Below, one piece after another: positions 1 through 7,694 of a DNA stretch of 32,000 bases (position 1 is the first letter of the stretch; each line of letters opens with the position of its first letter). The notes beneath the pieces were generated by a model. The model saw only the letters and a program-made list of their open reading frames with translations. It did not search any database and was not told where the DNA came from. Position numbers and translations under genes: made by a program. This DNA is from Synechococcus sp. A15-28 (lineage in GTDB: Bacteria; Cyanobacteriota; Cyanobacteriia; PCC-6307; Cyanobiaceae), in NCBI RefSeq assembly GCF_014280175.1, contig NZ_CP047931.1, forward strand, positions 270,001 through 302,000. Reading direction: 5' to 3'.

Positions 1-727
1 GCGTGGCCATGGCCATGGCTCGCTCGATCAACGGCATCAGCTGCTGCTTGAGGCTGGTGTCCACGGCGCTGGTGTCCGGCGGAAGCAGCAGGGGTGCAGG
101 CTCGGGCTGACGTCCGCTCAGGGCTGGTTGCCCGATGCTGTCGAGGGCATTGACATAGCGATTGAGCTGGTTCTGCTCCGCCAGCATTCCTTCGACGAGC
201 GGGCGATGTTCGCTGCTGCTTTCGAGCCGCCTCAGCAGCAACTGGGCGTAGGTGCGCAGCGCTGAGAGGGGATTGCGCAGCTGATGAACCATGGTGCGCA
301 GCTGGGTTTGCTGCTGATCCAAGGCACTGCGCAGCTGAAGGCATTCGAGGTCTGTCGCCAGCCCATGACTGAGGGCAGCAGCGCCATCCCGCAGTTGCTG
401 GTCCCGTTGCGGATGCCACGCTTCGGCAGGGCCAAGGTCGGCGCGCAGGGCTCCCAGGATCAGGTCCCCATCGCGTAAGGGGTACCAGCGGCGCTCCTGA
501 GCTGGACGCCGCAGCTCGGGATCCGCATCGGCGGGGGGAAGTGATCGATCTGCAGCCGACACCTGTCGAATCAGAAAAAGGGGGGGGTGGTCCTTGTCCC
601 CTGTCTGGCTGATGTAGAGGGCGAGATGCTGGTAGCCGTGGTTTCGGTTTAGTTGCTCCAGCTGCTGCTCCGCAAAGGTCAGGAAGCGTTCCGTCAGCTG
701 CAATGGGCCAGGTGGGCGGATGGACAC
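1..727 (-). CDS. Two-component sensor histidine kinase, N-terminal part (3' end runs off the window start)
   Basis: Hand translation of the minus strand. The ORF is missing from the track because its stop lies outside the window. It opens after an in-frame stop at 749-751, and the first plausible start is GTG at 727 (VSIRPPGPLQLTERFLTFAEQQLEQL...). About 140 aa of GAF-like sensor region is followed by a classic HisKA H-box, TMVHQLRNPLSALRTYAQLLLRRL, with the His codon at 284-286. Confidence 0.75.
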   Translation of the reverse strand, partial: MSIRPPGPLQLTERFLTFAEQQLEQLNRNHGYQHLALYISQTGDKDHPPLFLIRQVSAADRSLPPADADPELRRPAQERRWYPLRDGDLILGALRADLGPAEAWHPQRDQQLRDGAAALSHGLATDLECLQLRSALDQQQTQLRTMVHQLRNPLSALRTYAQLLLRRLESSSEHRPLVEGMLAEQNQLNRYVNALDSIGQPALSGRQPEPAPLLLPPDTSAVDTSLKQQLMPLIERAMAMAT

Positions 728-755
728 AGAGCCACGGAGCAATGGTTAAGGGGAC

Positions 756-783
756 TTGAAAATTCTAGGAAAAGTCTTAATAT
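756..783 (+). promoter_or_regulatory. Sigma70-type promoter candidate (-35 TTGAAA, 16-nt spacer, -10 TAATAT), predicted TSS near 790
   Basis: TTGAAA at 756-761 and TAATAT at 778-783, in the only AT-rich patch of the 350-bp spacer. It points toward the ORF at 1081. Confidence 0.45.
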
Positions 784-785
784 CC

Positions 786-813
786 ATTTATAGACCGGTC
801 CGCTGTTCGTCAA
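786..813 (-). promoter_or_regulatory. Divergent promoter candidate for the histidine kinase (-35 TTGACG, 16-nt spacer, -10 ATAAAT)
   Basis: Read on the minus strand: TTGACG is the complement of 808-813 and ATAAAT is the complement of 786-791. It lies back-to-back with the plus-strand promoter, with the two -10 boxes 2 nt apart. Confidence 0.35.
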
Positions 814-994
814 GAGCAGACGCCCGCCAACCCTTGTATCGGTTGCATTTCTGTTGCGACCAAAGTTACAGCAGAGGCTGAAGCGTTCTTTGCTGGGTGC
901 CGTTTCCGGCATCGCCATTGGTGTTGGTGATCTTCTGAATGGCTGAGGGTTGCCCGCAGCCGTTGCATGACGCGGTCTGAAGACGCCTTTGCGT

Positions 995-1080
995 CGACCA
1001 GCCCCAGGTAATGACGGAAGGTTTCGGCCTCTCCGGTCCCCTTCTCTCTTCTCTTACTCACTGTTCACCGGAGTTCGACC
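995..1080 (+). promoter_or_regulatory. Candidate cis-regulatory leader or riboswitch-like element with an anti-SD helix
   Basis: GACGGAAG at 1013-1020. CTCCGGT at 1031-1037 is the perfect complement of ACCGGAG at 1067-1073. That segment contains the GGAG Shine-Dalgarno at 1070-1073, 7 nt before ATG 1081. No covariance model was run. Confidence 0.3.
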
Positions 1081-1449
1081 ATGTCCAAAAAGCGCAAGCG
1101 CATCAGCCGCCGTCGTCTGGCGGGGCAACGGGTCCTCGCCCATGTGTCCACCCATCACCTGGAAACCGGTGAGTACAAGCCCGTAACGGCAGCCCGCCGT
1201 TACATCGCAGAGGCCGGATTGGTGCCTCCTGCTCTGCTCAATGTGCGTCGCAACGAACACACCACCGATCGCTTCTTCTGGGGCGAGAAGGGTTTGTTCA
1301 GCGCTCAGTACGCCGAAGAAAATCACTTTCTCTTCCCCTCCTTGCGCACCATCGTCGATTCGATCGGTGAAGACACCCTGTTCGAAGGGCTTGATTTCGC
1401 CGCCGATGATTGGGAGGAGATGGAAGAGTACGAATACGCCTTCGTTTGA
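1081..1449 (+). CDS. Conserved hypothetical protein with a basic N-terminus and an acidic C-terminus (possible GS-inactivating-factor-like protein; speculative)
   Basis: 122-aa ORF with an ATG start and GGAG SD. MSKKRKRISRRRLAGQR has 9 K/R in the first 17 residues. The C-terminus is DFAADDWEEMEEYEYAFV. Codon usage resembles neighbouring genes. Confidence 0.7.
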   Translation: MSKKRKRISRRRLAGQRVLAHVSTHHLETGEYKPVTAARRYIAEAGLVPPALLNVRRNEHTTDRFFWGEKGLFSAQYAEENHFLFPSLRTIVDSIGEDTLFEGLDFAADDWEEMEEYEYAFV

Positions 1450-1450
1450 A

Positions 1451-2020
1451 TCAGGACCCAGCGAGGATCTGGTTCAGAAACGACGCCAACGGTTGCATCA
1501 TCTCCTCTGGGATGGTGTGACCGTTTTCAAATGTGATGGTCCAACAGCGGTCGGGCTGAAGACGTTCAGCGATGGCATCCAAGGCGTTTTGCGGCACGAT
1601 CGTGTCCTGAAGGCCATGCATCGCCAGCACATGGGGATGGTGCGCCGGGGGCTGCCAGTCGGGGTGGGGGTAGCCGCTGCAGGAGATCACCCCAGCAATG
1701 GGTAGGTTGCAGCCGCAGTGGAGTGCCATGGCGCCGCCCTGGGAGAAACCCAGCAACACGGTGCGGCCCATCGGTGCTCCTTGGCTGCTGATCGTCTGCA
1801 GCCGCCGCTGAAGCGCCTCGATGGCTGATGGCACGGCGTCCCAGTCGGCAGGGAAGAGGCCATACCACTGGCGGCCGGGTGGTTGCGGATGGAGGTGGGG
1901 AGCCTCCAGCGCCATCACTTCCATGGAGTGATCCATGGCGTTGGCGAGGGATCGCCCCAGTGGTTCCAGATCATCGGCCGTGGCCCCCCAGCCGTGAAGC
2001 AACACCAGGCGACTGTTCAT
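1451..2020 (-). CDS. Alpha/beta hydrolase, phospholipase/carboxylesterase family
   Basis: 189 aa. LLHGWGA oxyanion region, GFSQGG nucleophile elbow, and later MHGLQD and GH motifs consistent with a Ser-Asp-His triad. Confidence 0.85.
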   Translation of the reverse strand: MNSRLVLLHGWGATADDLEPLGRSLANAMDHSMEVMALEAPHLHPQPPGRQWYGLFPADWDAVPSAIEALQRRLQTISSQGAPMGRTVLLGFSQGGAMALHCGCNLPIAGVISCSGYPHPDWQPPAHHPHVLAMHGLQDTIVPQNALDAIAERLQPDRCWTITFENGHTIPEEMMQPLASFLNQILAGS

Positions 2021-2078
2021 CCGTTGTCCCGTAACCCTGCTGCGTAGGTTGGCTCAGGACCCAGTCGTCTCGAAATCC

Positions 2079-3629
2079 ATGGCTCCTTTTGCGCTGCTGA
2101 GCGTGTCCGACAAAAACGGCATCGTGCCGCTGGCGGAAACGTTGCATCGCACCCATGGATATCAGCTTCTCTCCAGCGGTGGGACCGCCAAAGTTCTGGA
2201 GGATGCCGGTCTCCCCGTGACCCGCGTGTCCGAGCACACCGGAGCTCCTGAGATTCTTGGCGGTCGGGTGAAGACGCTGCACCCCCGGGTGCATGGCGGA
2301 ATCCTCGCCAAGCGAGGGGATGCAGCCCATCAGGCTGATCTCGAGCAGCAGGGCATCCCCGCCATCGATCTGGTGGTGGTGAATCTTTACCCCTTCCGGG
2401 AAACGGTGGCCAAGCCTGATGTCACCTGGAGTCAGGCCATCGAGAACATCGACATCGGGGGGCCGGCGATGGTTCGTGCCGCCGCGAAGAACCATGCCGA
2501 TGTGGCGGTGCTCACCAGCCCTGACCAATACGACCGTCTGTTGACTGCCATGTCGGAGACGGGCGGGAGCGTGCCTTCAGAGCTGCGGCGCCAGCTGGCC
2601 CTCGAGGCGTTTCAGCACACCGCTGCTTACGACAGCGCGATCAGCCGTTGGATGGCTGCCGAGGTCGAGCTTGAATCCAGCCCCTGGCTTGAGGCGTTGC
2701 CCCTGCGCCAGACCCTGCGTTACGGGGAGAATCCACACCAGAAGGCGCGCTGGTTCAGCCATCCCCGTCAGGGTTGGGGAGGCGCGATTCAGCTGCAGGG
2801 CAAGGAGCTCAGCACCAACAATCTGTTGGATCTGGAGAATGCCTTGGCCACGGTGCGCGAGTTTGGCTACGGCCCGAACGCCGTTGGACCGGCTGCGGTG
2901 GTGGTCAAGCACACCAATCCCTGTGGTGTGGCGGTGGGACCGGCCGTGGCTTCTGCCCTGACTCGAGCGCTGGATGCTGATCGCGTCAGTGCCTTTGGTG
3001 GCATCGTGGCGATCAACGGTCCTGTGGAGGCCGCTGCAGCAAGGGAACTCACCACGTTGTTCCTGGAATGCGTGGTGGCACCAACCTTCTCTCCGGAAGC
3101 CAGAGAAATTCTCGCCGCCAAGGCCAATCTCAGGCTTCTGGAGTTGTCGCCGGAGGCTATCGCCGCTGCGGGCCCCGACCATGTCCGCAGCATCCTTGGG
3201 GGCTTGTTGGTCCAGGACCTCGATGACCAAGCCATCACTCCCGATCAGTGGACGGTGGCGACCCAGAGGCCACCCACCGCGCAGGAAAAGCAGGATCTCG
3301 AATTCGCCTGGCGTTTGGTGCGGCATGTGCGCTCCAACGCCATTGTTGTGGCAAAGGATGGACAGAGCCTTGGGGTGGGTGCCGGCCAGATGAATCGCGT
3401 GGGCTCAGCGCGGATTGCCCTGGAGGCGGCAGGCAATCAAGCCAAGGGAGCCGTTCTCGCCAGTGATGGCTTCTTCCCCTTTGACGACACGGTGCGTCTG
3501 GCAGCCAGCCACGGCATCTCCGCCGTGATTCATCCCGGCGGGAGCATGCGCGATGGCGATTCGATCAAGGCCTGCGACGAGCTCGGTCTGGCGATGCAGC
3601 TCACCGGACGCCGCCATTTTCTGCACTGA
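2079..3629 (+). CDS. purH: Bifunctional AICAR formyltransferase / IMP cyclohydrolase
   Basis: [16 protein letters not shown]..., KTLHP(R)VHGGIL, and C-terminal GGSMRD...HFLH are typical of PurH. ATG at 2079 is preferred over the track's TTG at 2049. Confidence 0.95.
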   Translation: MAPFALLSVSDKNGIVPLAETLHRTHGYQLLSSGGTAKVLEDAGLPVTRVSEHTGAPEILGGRVKTLHPRVHGGILAKRGDAAHQADLEQQGIPAIDLVVVNLYPFRETVAKPDVTWSQAIENIDIGGPAMVRAAAKNHADVAVLTSPDQYDRLLTAMSETGGSVPSELRRQLALEAFQHTAAYDSAISRWMAAEVELESSPWLEALPLRQTLRYGENPHQKARWFSHPRQGWGGAIQLQGKELSTNNLLDLENALATVREFGYGPNAVGPAAVVVKHTNPCGVAVGPAVASALTRALDADRVSAFGGIVAINGPVEAAAARELTTLFLECVVAPTFSPEAREILAAKANLRLLELSPEAIAAAGPDHVRSILGGLLVQDLDDQAITPDQWTVATQRPPTAQEKQDLEFAWRLVRHVRSNAIVVAKDGQSLGVGAGQMNRVGSARIALEAAGNQAKGAVLASDGFFPFDDTVRLAASHGISAVIHPGGSMRDGDSIKACDELGLAMQLTGRRHFLH

Positions 3630-3636
3630 CGCTGGT

Positions 3637-3653
3637 GGGGGCCGCCGGCCCCC
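3637..3653 (+). terminator. GC-rich stem-loop just downstream of purH (no U-tract)
   Basis: GGGGGCC-gcc-GGCCCCC, a perfect 7-bp stem, 8 nt after the purH stop. It lacks a T-run, so it may be a stabiliser rather than an intrinsic terminator. Confidence 0.3.
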
Positions 3654-3683
3654 TAGCCTCGCAACACTGAAGAGTTCCCTTCG

Positions 3684-4142
3684 ATGCTGGCCACCCTTCC
3701 TTTCGCCCTTAACTTCGCGCATCCCCTCACCGAATGGGGCCTGTTGGCCATGGGTGGCTGGGCTCTCTACCTGGGGATCAAGGCCAAGAAAACCCGTACC
3801 GGGACGCCAGAGCAGCGCAAGGAACTGGTCAAGGGCAAATTCGCTCAGCGTCACTACCTCTGGGGAAGCATCCTGCTGGCGGTTATGACCGTGGGCACCC
3901 TTGGAGGCATGGCGGTGACCTACCTGAACAACGGCAAGCTGTTCGTCGGACCTCACCTGCTGGTGGGTCTGGCCATGACCGGGATGATCGCCGTGGCTGC
4001 GTCCCTGTCACCGCTGATGCAACGGGGCAACATGATTGCCCGTAAGGCCCACGTTGGTTTGAACATGGGCACGCTCACCCTGTTCCTCTGGCAGGCGGTC
4101 AGCGGAATGGAGATCGTCAACAAGATTTGGGCCAACCGCTGA
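3684..4142 (+). CDS. Small integral membrane protein (DUF4079-like, from memory)
   Basis: 152 aa with four hydrophobic segments. The pattern resembles the family conserved in cyanobacteria and plastid-bearing eukaryotes. Confidence 0.8.
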   Translation: MLATLPFALNFAHPLTEWGLLAMGGWALYLGIKAKKTRTGTPEQRKELVKGKFAQRHYLWGSILLAVMTVGTLGGMAVTYLNNGKLFVGPHLLVGLAMTGMIAVAASLSPLMQRGNMIARKAHVGLNMGTLTLFLWQAVSGMEIVNKIWANR

Positions 4143-4150
4143 CGACGGAT

Positions 4151-4759
4151 TCAGAACGCTGCCCGTCGCCGGGGCGGGCAGTCGAGACCATGGCTGGCAT
4201 GGAAATCCTCCTGCACTTTCCAGGTCAGTCGCCTTGAGATCTGCCGGACGATCTGGCGCAGCAGATGGTCCCCACTCGATTGCACCAGTTGTTCGGGCAG
4301 CATCGTGATCACCTTGGGAAGTCGGATCCAGACGCTGAGGTCGAGGTCCCACTGAACGGAGGTCGTGGAGCTCTGGTCGATCAGCTGCATGGAGGCTTGA
4401 AAGTCCACGTCGTAGTGGTCGCGTAAGACGAGCGAATGAGGAACCGTCCGCACGGTCTCGATGCGATAAAGCTGAGCGTCCTCGGGCAGCAGACGCAGAG
4501 CGATGGTCGGTTCCACCTCAAAACCGAAGTTGCCGAAGCGTCCGAGCGTCAGCGCATAGGACTGCTGATCGAGCGCCGAAACCTGCATCGGCTGCGCACA
4601 GCGCTCGAACCATCGCTGGTGATCGTTGAGATAGGACACCACCTCAGTCGTGGATGCCAGCATCTCCATCTGATCGGAGAAGCCGCTGCGGTAGCAACGC
4701 ACTTGCGGGTCCGAACCATGAAGCAGGTTGTCGGGATCGGAGCGCGACAAAAGCAGCAC
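4151..4759 (-). CDS. DUF1997-like conserved cyanobacterial protein
   Basis: 202 aa. The YLNDHQRWFERCAQPMQV...LGRFGNFGFEVEPTIALRL pattern is one I recognise as DUF1997. The start is GTG at 4759 and is uncertain. Confidence 0.8.
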   Translation of the reverse strand: MLLLSRSDPDNLLHGSDPQVRCYRSGFSDQMEMLASTTEVVSYLNDHQRWFERCAQPMQVSALDQQSYALTLGRFGNFGFEVEPTIALRLLPEDAQLYRIETVRTVPHSLVLRDHYDVDFQASMQLIDQSSTTSVQWDLDLSVWIRLPKVITMLPEQLVQSSGDHLLRQIVRQISRRLTWKVQEDFHASHGLDCPPRRRAAF

Positions 4760-4801
4760 AGAGCGGATTGAAAGGGATCAGGTCTTGTAAACCAATGTAA
4801 A

Positions 4802-4835
4802 GCTGAGCCGCATCACCTTTCGCTGAGCCGCATCA
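4802..4835. repeat. 14-nt direct repeat GCTGAGCCGCATCA x2 with 20-nt period, spanning the ispH stop codon
   Basis: Copies at 4802-4815 and 4822-4835. The ispH stop (complement of 4813-4815) lies inside the first copy. Confidence 0.9.
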
Positions 4836-6012
4836 GTTTTTCGATCACCTCTTCAACGGCCCGGTCCGGTGTGGAGGCGCCAGAGGTGATGCCAACGGTG
4901 ACTGGACCTGCCGGCAGAAAATCGGCCTCGCGACGAAGTTCCTCGGTCAGGGGCTTGTGCTCGATCGCATTGGCCCCGGCATCAAGGCGATCCGGTGTGT
5001 CGATGTGAAACGAGCGAATCCCGCGGCTGACGGCGATCTCCTGCAGGTGTGTGGTATTGGAGGAGTTGAAACCGCCGATCACCACCATCAGATCCAAAGG
5101 TTCGTCCACGAGGGAGAACATCGCGTCCTGACGCTCCTGGGTGGCATCGCAGATGGTGTTGAAGGCCACGAAATGGTCGTTGAGGTCGGCTGGGCCGTAC
5201 TTGCTCAGCATCGTGCGTTCAAACAGGCGACCGATCTCTTCGGTTTCGCTCTTGAGCATCGTGGTCTGGTTGGCCACGCCCAGGCGCGACAGATCGCGGT
5301 CCGGGTCGAAGCCAGGGGAGCAGGCGGCCGAAAAGCGCTGCATGAAGGCGTCACGGTCGCCTTTGCCAAGGATGTAGTCCGCCACGATCTGGGCTTCCTC
5401 CATGTCCAGAACCACGAGGTAGGTCCCGGCAAAAGAGCTGGTGGCGAGGGTTTCCTCGTGCTTCACCTTGCCGTGGATGATCGAGGTGATCGTGTGCTTC
5501 TTGTGCTTCTCCACCGTGGTCCACACCTTGGAGACCCAGGGGCAGGTGGTGTCCACGATGTGGCAGCCCCGTTCATTGAGCAGCTGCATCTCCTGAACGG
5601 TGGCGCCGAAGGCGGGAAGGATCACCACATCACCGGAGGTGACGCCAGAGAAATCCTTGACGCCTTGTTCAACGGGAATGAACTGAACATCCATCTCGCG
5701 CAGATGGTCGTTCACGGAGGGGTTGTGGATGATCTCGTTAGTGATCCAAAGGCGCTCCGCCGGGTAGTGCTTGCGGGTCTCGTAGGCCATGGCCACGGCG
5801 CGTTCCACCCCCCAGCAGAAGCCGAAGGCCTCGGCCAGACGAACCGTGAGCCGGCCATGACTGAGCTTGTAGCCGTTGTCTCGGATGGTGCCGATCAAGC
5901 CGCTCTGATAGGCCTGCTCAAGGCTTTCAGCCACCTCCTCAGCCCGTCCGAAGCCCCGCCGGTTGTAGCGCTCGGAGTGGTGCAGGGAGCGCTTGAAGGC
6001 GTGGGTGTCCAT
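4813..6012 (-). CDS. ispH: 4-hydroxy-3-methylbut-2-enyl diphosphate reductase
   Basis: 399 aa. [10 protein letters not shown], the TTCPWV cysteine motif, NSSNT and ITSGASTP are typical of the long cyanobacterial form of IspH/LytB. Confidence 0.95.
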   Translation of the reverse strand: MDTHAFKRSLHHSERYNRRGFGRAEEVAESLEQAYQSGLIGTIRDNGYKLSHGRLTVRLAEAFGFCWGVERAVAMAYETRKHYPAERLWITNEIIHNPSVNDHLREMDVQFIPVEQGVKDFSGVTSGDVVILPAFGATVQEMQLLNERGCHIVDTTCPWVSKVWTTVEKHKKHTITSIIHGKVKHEETLATSSFAGTYLVVLDMEEAQIVADYILGKGDRDAFMQRFSAACSPGFDPDRDLSRLGVANQTTMLKSETEEIGRLFERTMLSKYGPADLNDHFVAFNTICDATQERQDAMFSLVDEPLDLMVVIGGFNSSNTTHLQEIAVSRGIRSFHIDTPDRLDAGANAIEHKPLTEELRREADFLPAGPVTVGITSGASTPDRAVEEVIEKLMRLSER

Positions 6013-6042
6013 GGAGGGCGCTGCAATGTGATGACTCTATGG

Positions 6043-6064
6043 GGCCTGCTGCGGTCAGCAGGCC
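6043..6064 (-). other. Perfect 9-bp stem-loop between the amt1 terminator and the ispH start codon
   Basis: GGCCTGCTG-cggt-CAGCAGGCC, located 31 nt upstream of the ispH ATG (6012). Confidence 0.5.
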
Positions 6065-6093
6065 ATAAAAAAGCCCGGCCCTCAGGGCCGGGC
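6065..6093 (-). terminator. Rho-independent terminator of amt1
   Basis: On the minus strand: GCCCGGCCC-tga-GGGCCGGGC (9-bp perfect stem) followed directly by TTTTTTAT. It begins 23 nt after the amt1 stop. Confidence 0.8.
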
Positions 6094-6116
6094 AGTGAAC
6101 TGAAACTTGAATGGAA

Positions 6117-7589
6117 TCAGTTGTTGGTGGTGGAGAAGCCGGCGTAGGCCTCCATGCCGTGCTCGCCGATGTCCAGACCTTCGGTCTCTTCCTGCTCGGT
6201 GACGCGGATGCCACCGAACAGTGCACCGATGATCTGCCAGGCGATGAAACAGGTCACCACGGTCCAGATGGCGTAGGCCGCGGTACCCAGGGCCTGGATG
6301 CCGAGTTGTTCGATGCCGCCACCGACCAGCAGGCCGAGGGGGGAGCCATCACCCTGGACATCGAAGCCCCAGAGGCCGATCACCAGGGTGCCCCAGACGC
6401 CGCACACGCCGTGGACGGAGAAGGCGCCCACGGGATCGTCGATGCCCGAGGCATCCAGAGCGGCCACGGAGAAGACGACGATGATGCCGCCCACGAGGCC
6501 GGCGAACCAGGATCCCGCCAGGGTGAGGTTGCCGCAACCGGCGGTCACGCTCACCAGACCGGCCAGGATGCCGTTGATGATCATGGTCAGGTCAGGCTTC
6601 TTGGAGGTGATCGTGGAGATCACGGTGGCGCCGATGGCACCGCCTGCAGCGCCCAGGGTGGTGGTCACGGCCACATAGGGAACCCATTGGTCCATGGCCA
6701 GCTGGGAACCGGGGTTGAAGCCATACCAGCCGATCCAGAGGATCAGAGCGCCGAGGGTGGCGATGGACATGTTGTGGCCGGGGATGGCCTGAACCTTGCC
6801 GCCGACGTACTTGCCGATGCGGGGTCCGAGCAGGGCAGCACCCACCAGGCCAGCCCAGGCGCCGACGGAGTGCACGATCGACGAACCGGCGAAATCAATG
6901 AATTCGACGCTGCCAACGCTGTTGAGCCATCCACCGTTCCATTCCCAGCTGCCAGCAACGGGATAGATGAATGCGGTGAGCACCAGGGCGAAGATCACGA
7001 ATTCGCCGAACTTGATCCGCTCGGCCACCAGTCCGGACACGATCGTTGCGGCAGTGCCCGCAAAGGCCGCCTGGAACAGGAAATCAACGGTGGGGACCAG
7101 GCCGGCGTCGCTGATGGTCTCAGCGGTGACGGTTGGATCAAAGAAAAGCCCGCCGAAGTACAGCCATCCATCAATGGCGGCATCGCCGTACATGAAGGAG
7201 TAGCCGACAAACCAGTAGGCGGTCACCGCGAGGGCGAACACAAACAGGTTCTTGGCAAGGATATTGACGGCATTCTTCTGCCGGCACATGCCCGCTTCCA
7301 CCATGGCGAAGCCGGCGTTCATAAAGATCACCAGGATGGTGGCCACCAGAAGCCAGAGGTTGTTGGCGAGGAAGGCTGCGTTGAGGTCCGGCAGCTCTTC
7401 GGCCTTGGCCGACAGCGTGAAGATGCCCAGGCCCATGAGCGCCAGGGGCGCGCAGGCGAGCCAGGTCATGGCGCGGTTGGAACTGAAGCCCCGGATGCTC
7501 TTGATCAGCATCAGGGGAGCTTCCAGGAGGTTGGCCTCCTGCAAAGTTTTGCGGCGCCTCTCGGGAGGCGCCTGGAATGCAGTTGTCAT
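6117..7589 (-). CDS. amt1: Ammonium transporter (Amt family)
   Basis: Multi-TM protein with typical Amt motifs: FAMVEAG, GS(S)IVHSVGAW, DDPVGAFSVHGVCG. ATG at 7589 (MTTAFQAPP...) is preferred over the track start at 7655. It is followed by the signal-like segment MTWLACAPLALMGLGIFTLSAKA. Confidence 0.92.
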   Translation of the reverse strand: MTTAFQAPPERRRKTLQEANLLEAPLMLIKSIRGFSSNRAMTWLACAPLALMGLGIFTLSAKAEELPDLNAAFLANNLWLLVATILVIFMNAGFAMVEAGMCRQKNAVNILAKNLFVFALAVTAYWFVGYSFMYGDAAIDGWLYFGGLFFDPTVTAETISDAGLVPTVDFLFQAAFAGTAATIVSGLVAERIKFGEFVIFALVLTAFIYPVAGSWEWNGGWLNSVGSVEFIDFAGSSIVHSVGAWAGLVGAALLGPRIGKYVGGKVQAIPGHNMSIATLGALILWIGWYGFNPGSQLAMDQWVPYVAVTTTLGAAGGAIGATVISTITSKKPDLTMIINGILAGLVSVTAGCGNLTLAGSWFAGLVGGIIVVFSVAALDASGIDDPVGAFSVHGVCGVWGTLVIGLWGFDVQGDGSPLGLLVGGGIEQLGIQALGTAAYAIWTVVTCFIAWQIIGALFGGIRVTEQEETEGLDIGEHGMEAYAGFSTTNN

Positions 7590-7626
7590 GAACGAGATTG
7601 CAGAGCTGCGGGTCATGCCGGATGGT

Positions 7627-7640
7627 GTATCCGACTGAAC
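7627..7640 (-). promoter_or_regulatory. Imperfect NtcA-box candidate upstream of amt1 (GTT-N8-TAC on the gene strand)
   Basis: The plus strand reads GTATCCGACTGAAC. It matches 5 of 6 consensus positions and lies 38-51 nt upstream of ATG 7589. No TAN3T box occurs at the canonical 22-nt spacing. Confidence 0.25.
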
Positions 7641-7674
7641 GCACCCAAGTTGCATGGCCGACAGCCCCTCAATT

Positions 7675-7688
7675 GTTTGAGTTGATAC
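7675..7688 (-). promoter_or_regulatory. Second imperfect NtcA-box candidate upstream of amt1 (GTA-N8-AAC on the gene strand)
   Basis: The plus strand reads GTTTGAGTTGATAC. It matches 5 of 6 consensus positions and lies 86-99 nt upstream of ATG 7589. No clean -10 box follows it. Confidence 0.25.
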
Positions 7689-7694
7689 AAAATC

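Noticed and set aside
790-1000. Possibility that the hairpin-rich region is 6S RNA or another free-standing sRNA
   Set aside because: I could find no long closing stem pairing the 5' and 3' ends, as expected for 6S RNA. There is also no hairpin plus U-tract terminator before 1081. A 5' leader is the simpler reading, though an sRNA is not excluded.
810-1061. 83-aa minus-strand ORF (GTG start) inside the 727-1080 spacer
   Set aside because: It has no SD and a mixed, non-host-like third-position pattern. Its sequence is rich in basic residues with no features, and the ORF spans the hairpin-rich region, which is better explained as a plus-strand leader.
4957-7685. Long plus-strand ORFs (4957-6147, 396 aa; 6111-7685, 524 aa) opposite ispH and amt1
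   Set aside because: These are shadow ORFs typical of high-GC DNA. Their translations are low-complexity (G/A/D/H/R-rich) with no motifs. The opposite strand encodes unmistakable IspH and Amt proteins.
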